Shown here: positions 26,447 through 38,880 of the stretch, one piece after another
How the letters are laid out: each line of letters begins with the position of its first letter
How positions within the stretch are numbered: position 1 is the stretch's first letter
Origin: Octopus vulgaris
Taxonomy: Eukaryota
Reading direction: 5' to 3'
NCBI GenBank assembly: GCA_951406725.2
Contig: OX597814.1
Coordinates: 41,726,001-41,790,000 of the forward strand
Length of the DNA: 64,000 nt
The notes under the pieces: generated by a model
What the model was told of the DNA's origin: nothing
Databases searched by the model: none
Seen by the model: the letters and a program-made list of their open reading frames with translations, nothing else
Made by a program: the position numbers and the translations under genes

Positions 26447-27696
26447 CAGGGTGGGAAGCAAAATTTACAATGAACGTTAAGTTGCTTTTTCTCAGGAGGC
26501 ACTAAGTCAATTGTTTTGAAACCTAGCATATATTGATGTCGTAATCATACCTAACACTATTATCCTTACCTTTTCAGAAACTTTTGCCCATATGAGTAAT
26601 AAGGAAAGCAAACGTCAAAGAGTGTGTGATTTGCTGAATGCACTCGTTACACCAAAGGAGATTTCAAGGACAGTTTGAGTGTCCATAAAGACTGTTTATA
26701 ATGTAAAGAATAGAATGACTATGTGCAAAATTATTACGAGGAAGTCTGGAAGTGGAGGAATCAACAAAAAACGTACCAAAGCTTTTATCAAAGCTCTCAA
26801 ATCCAAAATCCTAAAGGATCCAACCAAATCCATGAAAAAATTGGCAATTGAACTGGAGGTAGACAAGAAGACCATTAGAAATGCAGTAAAATATGATTTG
26901 AGGTTAAAATATTACACAAGAACACCAAAACATTTGTTGACAACAGCTATGAAGGAAAAGAGATTGGAGAGGTGCAGGAAAATTATTACAGGGTTCAAGA
27001 AAAAGTCCTCCGTTGTAACGATCTTTTAAGATGAAAAAGATCTTCACTGTCGATGCTGTTCTGAACCGCAGAAATGACAGATTTATTGCAAAATCAACAG
27101 CTGAGGCTATGGCTTTTGGTGTTGTGGCTTCCGATGGAATGAAAATGCCTATAAAACTCTACAAAGCTGAGGAAAAGATCAATGTTAATACTACAAAACT
27201 CTGAGATACCAGGTCCTGCCATGGCTTAAAGCAAACTACCCAGATGGTAATTATGTAAGGACACAGGATGGTGCTCCAACCCACACAGCCAGAAAAATAA
27301 AAGATTTCTGCAAATCCAACTTTAGCGATTTGGGGGAATCATGCTTATGGCCGCCTTCTAGCTCAGATCTAAACCCTCTGGATTATGCTATTTGGGGCGT
27401 TTGAGAACATGATACTAATAGAACATCACACAGCAATGTCGACTCTCTTAAAGATACTATTACAGAAGAATGGGAGAAGTTGTCTCCCTAATATTTGAGG
27501 AACAATTGTACAAGTTTCAGGAAGCGTGTGAAGGCAGTTATTGAGAATGAAGGAGGACACATAGAATAAAAACATTTTCTTTTATGTAAATTTTCTTGTG
27601 GCAAATAAATTCTCATAACTTTCAATAAAATAATTGGTCATACATTGTCTTTCAATCTCTGCCTCAAAATATTGTAAATTTTGCTTCCTCACCCTG
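26447..27696 (+). mobile_element. Tc1/mariner superfamily DD37D (maT-type) transposon, near full length, inactive
   Basis: TIRs cagggtg(a)ggaagcaaaatttacaat at both ends with TA on the right. Broken ORF 26592-27569 MSNKESKRQRVCDLL...DEK...QDGAPTHTA...WPPSSSDLNPLDY...EGGHIE*, with 37 residues between the second and third D. Confidence 0.93.
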
Positions 27697-29224
27697 TATA
27701 TATATATGAAGGAATGAATGATCATACGTCTGAAGTTGCAGATGATATTTTTTACAGACAATACTTAGTTATATTAAAGAAAGTAATATACAATTCGGAA
27801 CCAGAAAGTGCGCCAGATCATTCTTTAAGTAAGGAAAATTGCATATATAAGAAAATTGAATCAAAACATTACAAAAGTTTCAAAATGAGTATTAGAAACC
27901 AATTAGTTTTGCTACATATAGGAGAGAGAAATTACAAGAAACAAAAAAATAAATAAATAAATAAATAAAATGGTAATATAAATGAATAAGCAACTTTTTT
28001 TCTACTAATAGTTTATACTCACGATATTCTCTGTTAGCTTAAACTGAATTAGAAAAAGTAGACAGGAAAAGAAAGATAAAAATTATTGAGTTCATCTAGT
28101 ATATACTATGACGACTCTAACATAGAATTATTAACTACAAATACATGTAGCTTAGTATCTGGTGCAGCTAACAAATTATTGTAAAAATATCCACTAGAAA
28201 AGTAAACATATATCTAATAAAGAAATATAGATAACTATTAAAATTAGCAACACATCACGAACAGAAAGGGAAAAAAAATATGTTCGGCCTTAAAGACAAC
28301 CAGTCGTGAGTTGTATGTGTGTATGACCTGCTGAATGCCTTCGCTACTTGTTTAAGATGTATGTGTTGCGAATAAACACATATACTGTCAGATCCTTTAT
28401 CCTTGGTACATGTAGCCAGTGGTACATGTAGGGTCTGACAGATGGGAGGAGGGGAGCTCTTCATTAGTAACAGTATGGTATACATTTACAGCAGAGTCGA
28501 CAGCAGTAACGTGAACTACAGTGCAAAGTTAATCATTCGGTCTCGGAATTCAACTAGACCACACAACTTCATTGAAGGAAAATATATATTTCAGATGCTG
28601 AGGAAACAGACTTTTGCATGGAGTTAGTTGCTAAAGAGCAACAACAGAAAATAATAAAAAATAATAAACTCAAACGTTAACTAGAAATTAGAAGGCGTTA
28701 AATATAAATAATGCCAACACAATCTCATTCATTGCGAATATTTGAAAATTTAAACAAGATGAATTCATACGGTAAACTACATCGTAGGAATGAAGACGGG
28801 TAGTGTTACAATGTGAGAGCAAACTATTATGAAATTTAATGTACGAGTGAATGTCTCCCGCAAGAGACCACCAAACATGTGTAATCAGAATACACTAAAT
28901 GGCTAAATATTAAGCGAATTTTTAGAAGAATCATTCTACCGAATTGATTCAGTCTTTCCATTTTTTGTTGACAGAGAAAACATCTTTGGGATCACAATAG
29001 TATGGAAATGAGGGAATGATACTAATATTATGTAATCATAAGGTAGAATACTTAGTATAAGTTCCTCTTAATTGAAGTATAAAGTTCTGACGGGCGATAT
29101 TGTCTGTCTCGGAGATTTAGAGAATTTATTGAAATATTTCGGAAATAAAATTATTAAAAAATGTGGCCACTGAATAGCCAAGCAGTTCCAATAATGATAG
29201 GTGCCTAGAGGATTTTTTCTATAT

Positions 29225-30575
29225 ACACCCAGGCCAAGCCATCTCAACATTCATCTATCCATTTCGGTTGTTAGTTTTTCGCTCATTCCTCCTCGCCTTC
29301 ACACCTCCTCGTTCCTCATCCTGTCCACTCTTGTTACACCAACCATAGCCCTCAGACAACACATCTCAAACAAATCTTTCCGCCTCTCCAGCCCCCTACG
29401 TTTCTGCACCATATAACATTGTCGGCATAATCACGCCCTCATACACTCCTCTTTTCGCTTTCATACTCAACCTTTTATTTCTCAACATACCTTTCAGAGC
29501 TCCAACTATCTTCCTCCCCACCCTCACTTTGTATCCTGCTTCTTCAGCCAACTCCACATCTGCCGTCACATGTGATTCCAGATACTTAAGCCTCTAACCT
29601 CCCCTAACATATCACAATTTATACTCACATCCATCCTACCAGCCATTCCATCTCTCGAATATCTCATTACCTTACTCTTAGTTACGTTCACTTTTTATTT
29701 CCTTCTTTCACACACTCTTACAAAAACTACTACCAGTACCGTTAGTTGTTCTTCTGAATCCACCACCAGTGATGTATCATTAGCAAACAACAACTAATTT
29801 ACCTGACATTTCTCGCCATTTCTCCCACCAGTAGGGCTTCTCTGTCAAATGTTCTAGCATTTAACTATCTCACCATACCATCTAAACTAGACATCCCCGG
29901 AGACATCACACAACACTGTCTTTACCCCACATCACACCACTCACTTACTCCACAACCCACACTAACGCACAACCTACTTTCCCTATAAAAAAAAACTCTG
30001 AACAGCTTTCAACAACGTACCATTTATTCCATACAACCGCAACACATGCCACACTGAATCCCTAACCACACGGCCATACGCCTTCTCTGGGTCCATAAAG
30101 GCCCAATACATTTCCCTCTCTTTTGCTAAAAACTTCTCACAGATCTACCTTTCTACAAATATTTGATTTACTCCTAAAACTGCATTGCTCTTACCCTAGT
30201 ACACCCTCTGTCTGGTTCCTAATAACCCGAATTCTCCTATACATTTTTCCCAACCACACACAACAGACTTATACCCCTAAAATTTCCACACTTATTTTTA
30301 TCATGTTTGCCCTTGAACACAGGCATTGCACCAGTCTTTGGTACACTTCCAGCCATATAGCAACCATTCTATCACTCTCACTTCTCCTTTCTTTAGGCAA
30401 TTCACTGTATACCCAGCTATACTTAACGCCTTCAGGTTTGCCATCTGCCGCAAATATTCCCTCACCTCCTCCATTCCAATTGCACAACATGTCTTTAGTC
30501 ATAGAAAACCACACCTATTCTGAACAATCTTTACATTTCCCCCAGTATGTAGTTTTTATGATATCATTGCCAAAT
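29225..30575 (-). mobile_element. RTE-clade LINE RT fragment, decayed
   Basis: Minus strand gives EQCSFR, AFMDPEKAY, VWHVLRLYGINGTLLKAV and LLFANDTSLVVDSEEQL (the xADD motif region). Confidence 0.85.
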
Positions 30576-30736
30576 GGCGGAGTGTAAGATCCAGCGTCTT
30601 CTTTAAAATTTGAAGTTGACGAAATGTAATTAAATATTGGTAAACTAAAATCTGATGATATTAATCTTGGTCCTGCTTCGAAGTGCTTGCTGTGTTGTTT
30701 AGGTTGTTTTGAAAATTAATGTGACATTTGCTCCAT

Positions 30737-30970
30737 ATAAATAAATAAATAAATGCGCCCTTTTAAAGCCTAGCCAGGCTCATGGGTTCGGTTTCCCGGT
30801 TTCAATGGCGTATGTGTTCCCCAGCAAGACGGGATGTCTGTCCATCGCTGCGTTACTCATTTTTTCCAGCTGAGTGGACTGGAGCAACGTGAAATGAATT
30901 TTTTGCTCAAGAACACAACGCGACGCTCGGTTCCGGAATCGAAACCACAATCTTACGATCATGATGCTGA
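30737..30970 (-). mobile_element. tRNA-derived SINE, 5'-truncated, with Meta/MESC-like central domain
   Basis: B box ggtttcgattcc, then ttgagcaa...ttgctccagtccactcagctg...gcgatggacagacatcccgtc...gaaaccggg and an (ATTT)n tail. The domain name is from recollection. Confidence 0.78.
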
Positions 30971-31178
30971 TCAACAGCAACAGCTTCATCATTGTCATTG
31001 ACATTGTTATCGAAATATTTCTATTTAGAGAAACACCAAATGTAAGTAGACAAATTAAGTAATCTTAACTGTGTCTGAATCAACAAAGCAAAGCAATAAA
31101 CAATGTTTCCTTATCAACAACACTAAAGCAATCAAAACATATATCGGCATTAGGTGCAGTCAGTAGGAAATATAATTA

Positions 31179-31220
<42 letters not shown>

Positions 31221-31237
31221 CACACACATATATATAT

Positions 31238-31812
31238 AAGTTTGTGTTATGAGCGTTTATAGAAAACGTATCCTGTATAAACTAAAACAATTAAAGATGG
31301 AGAAGAGAAGTGGTTAAACGTTCTACAAAATTTTAATCCATGTATACGATCGTTTCAATTGGTAACACCAACATATAAGAAACATGGAAACAATTAAATT
31401 AATTATAATTATAATTGAATTACATTTTACAATTTTTAGCTCTTACACAACTTGACTCAAAACTACCTAAGCATGTTTTTACATTTCATCTTTCATAATC
31501 ATATTTTAAGTTATGTGACACGTACTCCATCTAGTCTTCTGTAACAACACAATATTCTCCTGATACTTTCTGATGTATTAATTTTGTTGCACTGAGGAGA
31601 ATGGTAATATGTAATTAAATTAAGTAAATTATAATTATAATTGATTTAATTTCTAATATGTTCTTACATGTTTGTGTTGCCATTTGAAACGATCGTACGC
31701 ATGGATTAAAGTGTTATAAAACTTATAACATCTCTTTTCCATTTTTCCATCTTTAATAGTTTGTTGAGTTTATAATGGATACGTGTTCTACAAATGCTCA
31801 TAACACACCTTA
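31238..31812. repeat. Inverted repeat with ~200 bp arms, each carrying a hammerhead-like 3' core
   Basis: gtgttatgagcgtttatagaaaacgtatcc (31244) pairs with ggatacgtgttctacaaatgctcataacac (ends 31807); tacgatcgtttca pairs with tgaaacgatcgta. Confidence 0.85.
31587..31702 (+). ncRNA. Type I hammerhead-like motif with very long stem II; stem I damaged
   Basis: tgca CTGAGGA gaatggtaatat...gtgttgccattt GAAA c-gatc-g TA cgca. The 12-bp stem II base is fully paired using G.U wobbles, and loop 3 is palindromic. Confidence 0.65.
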
Positions 31813-31835
31813 TATATACTTATATATACATATAT

Positions 31836-33544
31836 ACTAGCATTATGACACGTCGTTGCCGGGTCATAGAACTACTGCATTTATATATGCGTATATGTAT
31901 GTGTACATATTACATGTACATCTATATATATACATCTACACATAAAATACAAAATACAAAGTTATATCTTGATATCGCTAGTGATAACAATACTCAAAAT
32001 ATATAACATACTGGAATTGTAGGCCCGTCTCTTGCAATTTCGATCAATTGATCTTATCCTCCCTCTTGTATAGAAGTGTGGCTACAATCCAGCCTACCTC
32101 TACTTCTGGGGGGGGGGGCATTTAAATTTTTTATCCGGGAAGTCCTACGTCCCAGATATAAAGGTAAAAATAAAATATTTCCACTTTGCAAGGTTCGAGT
32201 AGAGTCCTCCCTTGCACGCTCCGTTGTCTCGAACCTTGCTTCTATTGTGGCAAATTTACCGCCTCTGGTTAGATATCTTTCATAGTCGCACCAAGACACT
32301 TTTCGATGGTGCTTTCCTCCAGGTGTCCAAATCTTTTTTTTTCTCTATATCGTATACTTTAAAGACAATAGTCTTTTCTTTCATTTAATTTTTTATTTCG
32401 TTTGCTGGTGTTATCCTAGATTCACCGTCTTTGTCGGTGATCAATCCGTATTTCTTCCATTTTAATTTCAATGAGTTCGCGCCCACCGACGGCTGCAGCG
32501 AAATTCATTTTGGGAATTTCTTCTATCGAAGACATTCTAACTAAAATGCTTCCGTGTAAACGGTGAATATATTGTCGATTTCCCCAAACAGGTACACAAT
32601 TCAATTTTTAAACAATAACCAAAGCTCCTTCTTCCAAAGGGGGACGGTTACAGTTTACAAATATTTAACAAATGCAACACAACAATGTTTCCTTTACGAG
32701 CAACCAACAAATGTGATAACAATAGTTAAACAGTAATAATAACAACACACCATACGATGAGTCAGAAAGCAGTAAGCAGTTGAAGCTTTAGTCCTTTATG
32801 TATAAGAAATAAACCAACAGCAGTACTCTGTAGGAGCGGCTGTTCGAGAAAACAGATATTACATAGAGCCAAATTTCATATAGATTCTTAATGCTAGCTA
32901 ATTAGCAGATAATCAAACGTAAAAGCACAGTTCCATCTGGACTATTCCATTTTTGTACGCTAATTTTATTTTCAATTTATTCCCATTCATGTGAAACCAC
33001 TTATTCAAGTTCAATTCATTGATGCAATTTCATACCAATTGCTATTTTTACTTTTGTTATGTTACGATTATATTATACTTTAGTTTGATTTTAATTATTA
33101 TTTACTACATATAATTCAACTGTTATTATTATTTTTATTGTTAAAGTGAAAGCATCTGACATAAAATAGAGAAATGTTTTGGTTTCACTTTCAAAACGTA
33201 ATACTGAAATAGTGGAGAAGATATGATATTGCTATGGGCTCACTCTAGGCAAGAAGTTGAAATTTTTTGCCCATGAAATTACATGGACCCTATGTAAGGC
33301 ATGTGTAAAATTTGAATGAAATTGGTTGTGTAGTTCTCAAGTTTTAGGGAATCGTAGTGGAGAAGATATGATATTGCTGTGGGCTCGCCCTAGGAAAAAC
33401 GTTAAAAACATCTTTGCTGATGACACTCCCCGGACACTAAGTAAGGCATGTGTAAAATTTGAATGGAATTGAATGTGTAGTTCTCAAGTTTTAGGGAAAC
33501 ACGCAGACAGACAGACAGACACATTCTCAGTCTTTTATATATAG
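31836..33544 (+). mobile_element. Non-autonomous Helitron-like element with internal 145-bp tandem repeat
   Basis: Starts actagcattatgacacgtcgttgccgggt and ends (caga)n...cttttatatatag, a Lep1-like layout. Tandem units start at 33210 and 33355. Linking the two termini is inference. Confidence 0.55.
32000..32850 (-). mobile_element. Tx1/L1-like ORF1 fragment (copy 1), N-terminal part and 5' UTR
   Basis: KTIVFKVYD...YLTRGGKFATIEARFETTERAREDSTRTLQSGNILFLPLYLGRRTSRIK, homologous to the peptides at 34660-35340 and 36230-36840. Confidence 0.7.
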
Positions 33545-33545
33545 C

Positions 33546-33601
<56 letters not shown>

Positions 33602-33703
33602 AGGGCTAAGTAAAATAAATTAATTCGCCTATAATGGTCCCTTTACATACTGAATACTTGGTGAAATTGATTAATAATTAATTAATTTTACCCTCAATTG
33701 TTG

Positions 33704-33754
<51 letters not shown>

Positions 33755-33784
33755 CATACATACATACATACATACATACATACA

Positions 33785-33815
<31 letters not shown>

Positions 33816-33950
33816 TGATAGTATGTTGTCAACTTAATGTCACAATCTCATGAAAGGGATGAAAGCTACTGTTATTTAGTCCCAGGAAACACCTGTTGGA
33901 CTTGACATATTTACTGTGTCCTTATGTTTTCAAAGTGGAGATAAGCACCC

Positions 33951-34020
33951 AGCAAACCAGCATCTAGAGACTAGATTCAGATTCATTGCTCATCATCAGT
34001 CTGGAGTAGCTTGGTTTGCT
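33951..34020 (-). ncRNA. Type I hammerhead-like motif with one core substitution (GAAT for GAAA)
   Basis: Minus strand: agcaaaccaagctactccaga CTGATGA tgagcaatgaatct GAAt ctag TC tctagatgctggtttgct. Extended stem I and palindromic CTAG; stem II is weak. Confidence 0.6.
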
Positions 34021-34028
34021 AGCTTAAG

Positions 34029-35528
34029 TCTTTATTACAGGCACAAGGCCTAATTACAAAGAGGAGATACAAAGACATGCGGGAACAAAAACACATGAGA
34101 GGATGAATGTGCAATAAGGAAATACTCTACAAAATATAACGATTTCGCACTTCTTCTTTTCCATAATTCACCACCGAGGCGCGAGGTTCAACATCTACCA
34201 CCGACCTTAGTGTGTTCAGTCTTTCTTAATGACTTTCAATTTTGCAATCTTTTAAATATGATTTTTCTTTCTGTTTTTGTTTTTCATGTTGTCTCTTTTT
34301 GTCTATATTTCTGCAGTTTTTAGATTTCTTGTGATTGCATATGTGTCTGTGTGTTCGTGTATTTGTGTTCTGTGTGTTCATTTGACTGTATTTGTACGTG
34401 TTTCGTCAGACTGTCTATGTCTTTAGGTTTCCTTAATTCCGGGTTGTCTTGTTTCTGGTCTGAATGGCTCTGTCCTTGAAAGACTTTTACTGGTAATTCT
34501 ACTGGTAAATTTTGTCCGTTTCTCGTCGTGAGTTGGATTACCTCTTCCATTGCTTTACACTTGTTCAATTCCCCTGTCGTCGGTGACTTCCTTCCCTCTC
34601 TTTTCCTAGGTTTGACCTCCACAAAATTCCCGTCATGTTCTATTTTCTGTTTCTGCTTTTTTATCCCACCAATATATCTTCCTGAACACTCTCCTTTTCT
34701 ATTTCCACTGCTGCTCTAGAGCATTTCCTTCTGAAGTGCCCTATTTCCCCACATCCCTCCAACATTATTTTCAGCTTTTTTCCATTTGGTAATTCCAAAG
34801 TTTCTGCAATTTCGTCGTAATATTTCGGGTTCACTGCACAAATTGTTTCTAGACCATAGCCCCGGCATTTCACTTGTTATGTTCGGCTTATCATTCCAAT
34901 CATCAGGTTTTCTCCTTCCTTCCTCAGCTCTGACTTAAAATTTGCTGCTATTACCCATTCTGGGTCTATCAATGGTGGGATACTTCCCACCCTAACCCTA
35001 ACGATTCTTTTGCCCAAACAGTTTCGCATCAACGTCCATTTTTCTCCTCGTAACAGCATGTTGACGGTTTTTTCGCCTCCTCTTCTGATACAAAGGTTAC
35101 TACTATATTCACATATTTCCTTCCTCTTGTAATGAACGTTATCCTTTCTCCTATTTGTTCCTCCAACATTCCCTCGATCTCTTCCTGCGGCGCGTGTTCT
35201 ATTCTCCTATTTACATTCGAAAATGTTCTGAATATGACCGTCTTGTTTTCCATTTTTCTTTTTTCCTCCTCTGGCAGGGTAATTTTTTCTATATTTGACC
35301 TTTCTTTTATTATCATAACATAATATCTTTTCCTCATTCCACTTCATCGTCTCCGGCTTCAGCACACGTGGGTGTAGGGGAACTCTACCTCCAGAAGCTT
35401 CCACAAAACTTTTTTCATTTCTTCCATTTCTACCACCACAAAACTTTTTTCATTTCTTCATTTCTACCACCCAAAAATGGTGTCTTCGCACAAAACTTTC
35501 GCTTAGAATTCTTCAAACAACAACAAAA
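34029..35528 (-). mobile_element. Tx1/L1-like ORF1-only element (copy 2) with zinc knuckle and own 3' end
   Basis: NKTVIFRTFS...ITFITRGRKY...CLGKRIVRVRVGSIP...KLKIMLEGCGEIGHFRRKC (partial CCHC), then a 3' UTR ending ggccttgtgcctgtAATAAAga. No ORF2 motif seen. Confidence 0.72.
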
Positions 35529-35960
35529 GGCATGGCTTGCTAGCTGTCAATGCCTATCCGCCTTTCAAAACATATATAATTCAACTGAAATACAGTCACT
35601 GATTTTTAAAAATAGAAATAATACATTTCTAAAGCTCTCAAAGAGATTTATGCAGTAGTAGCATGATATAGTGATAATATGTTGTCAGCTTCATGTGACA
35701 GTTCCACGAAAGGGAAGAATGCTACTGTAATTTAGCCTTAAAAAACACCGTTTCCTGTTGAACTTGACACATTTCCTGTGTCCTTATGTCGACAACATAC
35801 TATCACTTTAGCGTGCTGCTACTGCATAAATCTCTGTGAGAAATTTGGAAATGTATTATTTCTTGTTTCAAAAATCAGTGAATGTATTTCACTTGCGATA
35901 TATGTTTTCAAATGTGGATAAGCATCGACAGTTGGCAAGCCATGCCACTCCAGACTGAAG
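35529..35960. repeat. ~430 bp palindrome (arms 35529-35686 and 35791-35946) ending in a hammerhead 5' half; paralog of 33816-34022
   Basis: ggcatggcttgc...gatttatgcagtag pairs with ctactgcataaatc...gcaagccatgcc. The spacer matches 33830-33927, and the right end reads actccagaCTGAAG. Confidence 0.85.
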
Positions 35961-37585
35961 TCCTTCTGTTGCATTCGGCTGCTTCTGCTTCGTGAGTTTA
36001 TTTGGTTAATGTATTTTTGTTATTGATCATATGTTGAAATTGTTACGTTGGAATCGAACTTTTGTAGTGTTAACGGAACTTTTCGCCCTATGGGGCACAA
36101 AATTAAATGCTACATAACTTGTTGGACAGCTTTTTTGTGTTTTTTTACCTGTCGCTGGGTAAAAGAAATAATGTTTGTCATTGTCACAAAAATAATTACT
36201 ATTTTTCTGATATCCGAAGTCCATTTGCAAAAATGGATTTGAATTTGTTGTCGAATGTCGACTTTAAGTTCTTAGAGAGGGATTTCCCGGCCATGAAAGA
36301 AAGTAACCAAGTTTGTAACCAGGAAGAAAAGGAAAAGCCAATTTTTTTTCTGCTGCTGTCAGTGAAGAACGAGGTTGTAGAGAAGAGCCTCGCTCCCATA
36401 TGGGTAAACATTACCAATGTCAGTCGAGGACGAAGAAGCGCCACTGTTGAGACGCAATTCTAAAACGCTGAAATAGCAAAAGATATATCGACTCAAACGC
36501 TAAAAATGTGGAGATAATTTTGCTTCCGACCTACCTAGGCGAGAGACCTGCAAAAATAACAATAGAGGAGAAACCAGCTGGTTATGATGTAACCTGGATG
36601 GCGGCGGCCGTAATTTACGATGCAGAAGAAATATGAATACTGCAAATGAAAAATCGAGAGGCTCTAAACTGGAAAGGCCAAACACTCCAGATGGTGGTTC
36701 AAGCCTTAAACGAAATACTCGAATCAAGGCCTGACCGCATTTTATAGGGGGAGGGACTAAGCGCTAGAGTATCTGTAGAGGGACATAGACCCAGATGCTT
36801 CAAATGTGGAAACAAGTGCACGTCCGCTCGGAGAGCGAAAATGTTAAACAATAAGAGAAAATGTCTGACGTCCCGCCCCCAATAGAAAGTAACAAGAAAA
36901 CAACGGAAAACATCAAAGAAAAAGCGGAGGAAAGGAAAATACAAAGAGGAGAAGATACACAACAGAAGTGGTTTCACATAAAAGGAAAAAAAAACATGAC
37001 CCTAGACTCCTCTCCCCTGGCAAAGAAGACATCTACACAAAAGGCAAAGATACAGAAAAACTGCCCAATCCACCCCCAAGTCAAAGCCCGCTACCAACCC
37101 ACCCCTAAAATGCACTAGGAGAAAGGATTGTGAAGTACAATGAGAAAAATAGTGTAGTAGAAGGAGTATTAACATCGCATAAACAAAAAACTATATTTTT
37201 TAAACGATACAAGGTATGCCACCGAATATACGGCTGGTAAGGATAGAAGCAGAAATATACAAACAATATAAAGAGAGATACCCGCAGGACATACAAGATC
37301 TTAGCCAAGAGCAAGCCAACAAAAGACTTGTTCTTAGCCTAGCGGCTACACCGCAAATAAAAGGAAGGGGAGGTCAACAAATTTCGTGCAGACCCTCCCC
37401 ATAATTATAATGTAAGTTTTTTTTTTTTACCATGGAAATTAAATTAAGTTGTATAAATATTCGTTGCCTGTGGTCGAAATAGAAGCAAACGTGCCTCCTG
37501 GAAGACATCAGGTCACTAGAAATTGATATGTGTTGCGACTGAGTCCAAGTTGAACGGACCACAGGCGTTCTCGTCTCTTCTAAAT
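35961..37585 (+). mobile_element. Tx1/L1-like LINE 5' portion (copy 3): ORF1 with zinc knuckle plus start of APE endonuclease
   Basis: ITNVSRGRRSATVETQF...LLPTYLGERPAKITI...RVSVEGHRPRCFKCG, then from 37432 MEIKLSCINIRCLWSK*KQTCLLEDIRSLEIDM (APE motif I, NxRGL). Confidence 0.8.
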
Positions 37586-38529
37586 GGCTATGTTTTAAAA
37601 GTGCCATTATATTAATAATTCTGTTTTGCACTTAAATCGCTATAGCTACTGTCTCTATTACACAGTAATTTTAGAAAATATATATATTTAATCTAAAGCG
37701 TAAATCCCTCCTTAAAAAGCGCATTCGCACACTTGGTGTTAAGCTATACGTCAATATGTCAAACTTGTCTTGAATTTCCGAAAATGAGATTCAGTACGAG
37801 AAATCAATGTAAGATACATTCAGGATTGCAACCAGCATCGACAGGCATGTTCAGTGTGTTTCCTCATATTTTGATGAACATTGTAACATAATGGAATACC
37901 GGGTTTAAACTGGAGATTTGCGAAAATGCAACATCTCCACATACTGTACTCGGATGTTTTATTTGGCTGCCATTTTAAAATTTCTTCAGGGTTTTTTTTT
38001 CCAATTCATTTCATATTTGGAGTAATTATGTTGTTTTTTATGGTAATTATTGACATGAAATTTATTATCGCTATAAATCAATATATAAAATGTTAATAGC
38101 TTTTTAAATTTGCAAATTTTAGGTGATTTTAGCCAATCGAAAGCCACAGATATATAGGTGTCTGTTTCTATTGTAACATATCAAGCTTTTACCCAGCTAT
38201 TTACTCCTCTGTTTTCGTCCTATCTACCACGTTGTCATTTTCACTTACTAAACACTCAAAACAAATGTAGTATACAGTGCTCATGATATGTGCTAAAACT
38301 AACTGCTAAATTAACAATTCTCCCACTTTCTCAGCCTCATATGAGAAATTTAAAAAAAGAACTGTTAGAATAATATAGCAGTCGATTCGATCAATTTCTT
38401 GCTCTATTGTATTGACACTTGGAGGATAAAATGGAAATGCAGAGAGATTTGAACTGATTGTTCAAACATACTTTTATCAATGTACTATAAAGTTGCTTCA
38501 CACCGCTGTTTATAATATTTGTTTCACAT

Positions 38530-38880
38530 TTGGACACAAAGCTAACAGGTTTGCGGGCATGTATAAGTCTATTGCATCGACCCCATTCCTCAATGTTTAT
38601 TTATATTATCGACACCGAAAGAATGAAAGAAAAAATTCACCTCGGTGAAATTTGTACTCAGAACATAAAGACGCACGAAATGCTACCAGGCATCTTCTAC
38701 CGCGCCTGCTGCTGTTTGTAATACTAATAATGCGTTCTAATATAGACACAAACCCTGAAATTTTCCAGGAGGACGCTATTCTATTACAGTGTTCATCTGA
38801 TACTTATTTTTATCGATTTAGAACTTAAACACGGGCGAAATACAGCTAAGAATTTTTCCGGCGCCTCCCGCTGTTCGCAA
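38530..38880 (-). mobile_element. Two decayed copies of the dominant SINE
   Basis: tatcgacaccgaaagaatgaaaga...acctcggtgaaatttgtactcagaac is the reverse complement of the SINE core; second remnant at 38735-38880. Confidence 0.65.

Noticed and set aside
27681-27956. 91-aa ORF next to the maT element
   Set aside because: It starts inside the TIR, is AT-rich and has no recognisable domain.
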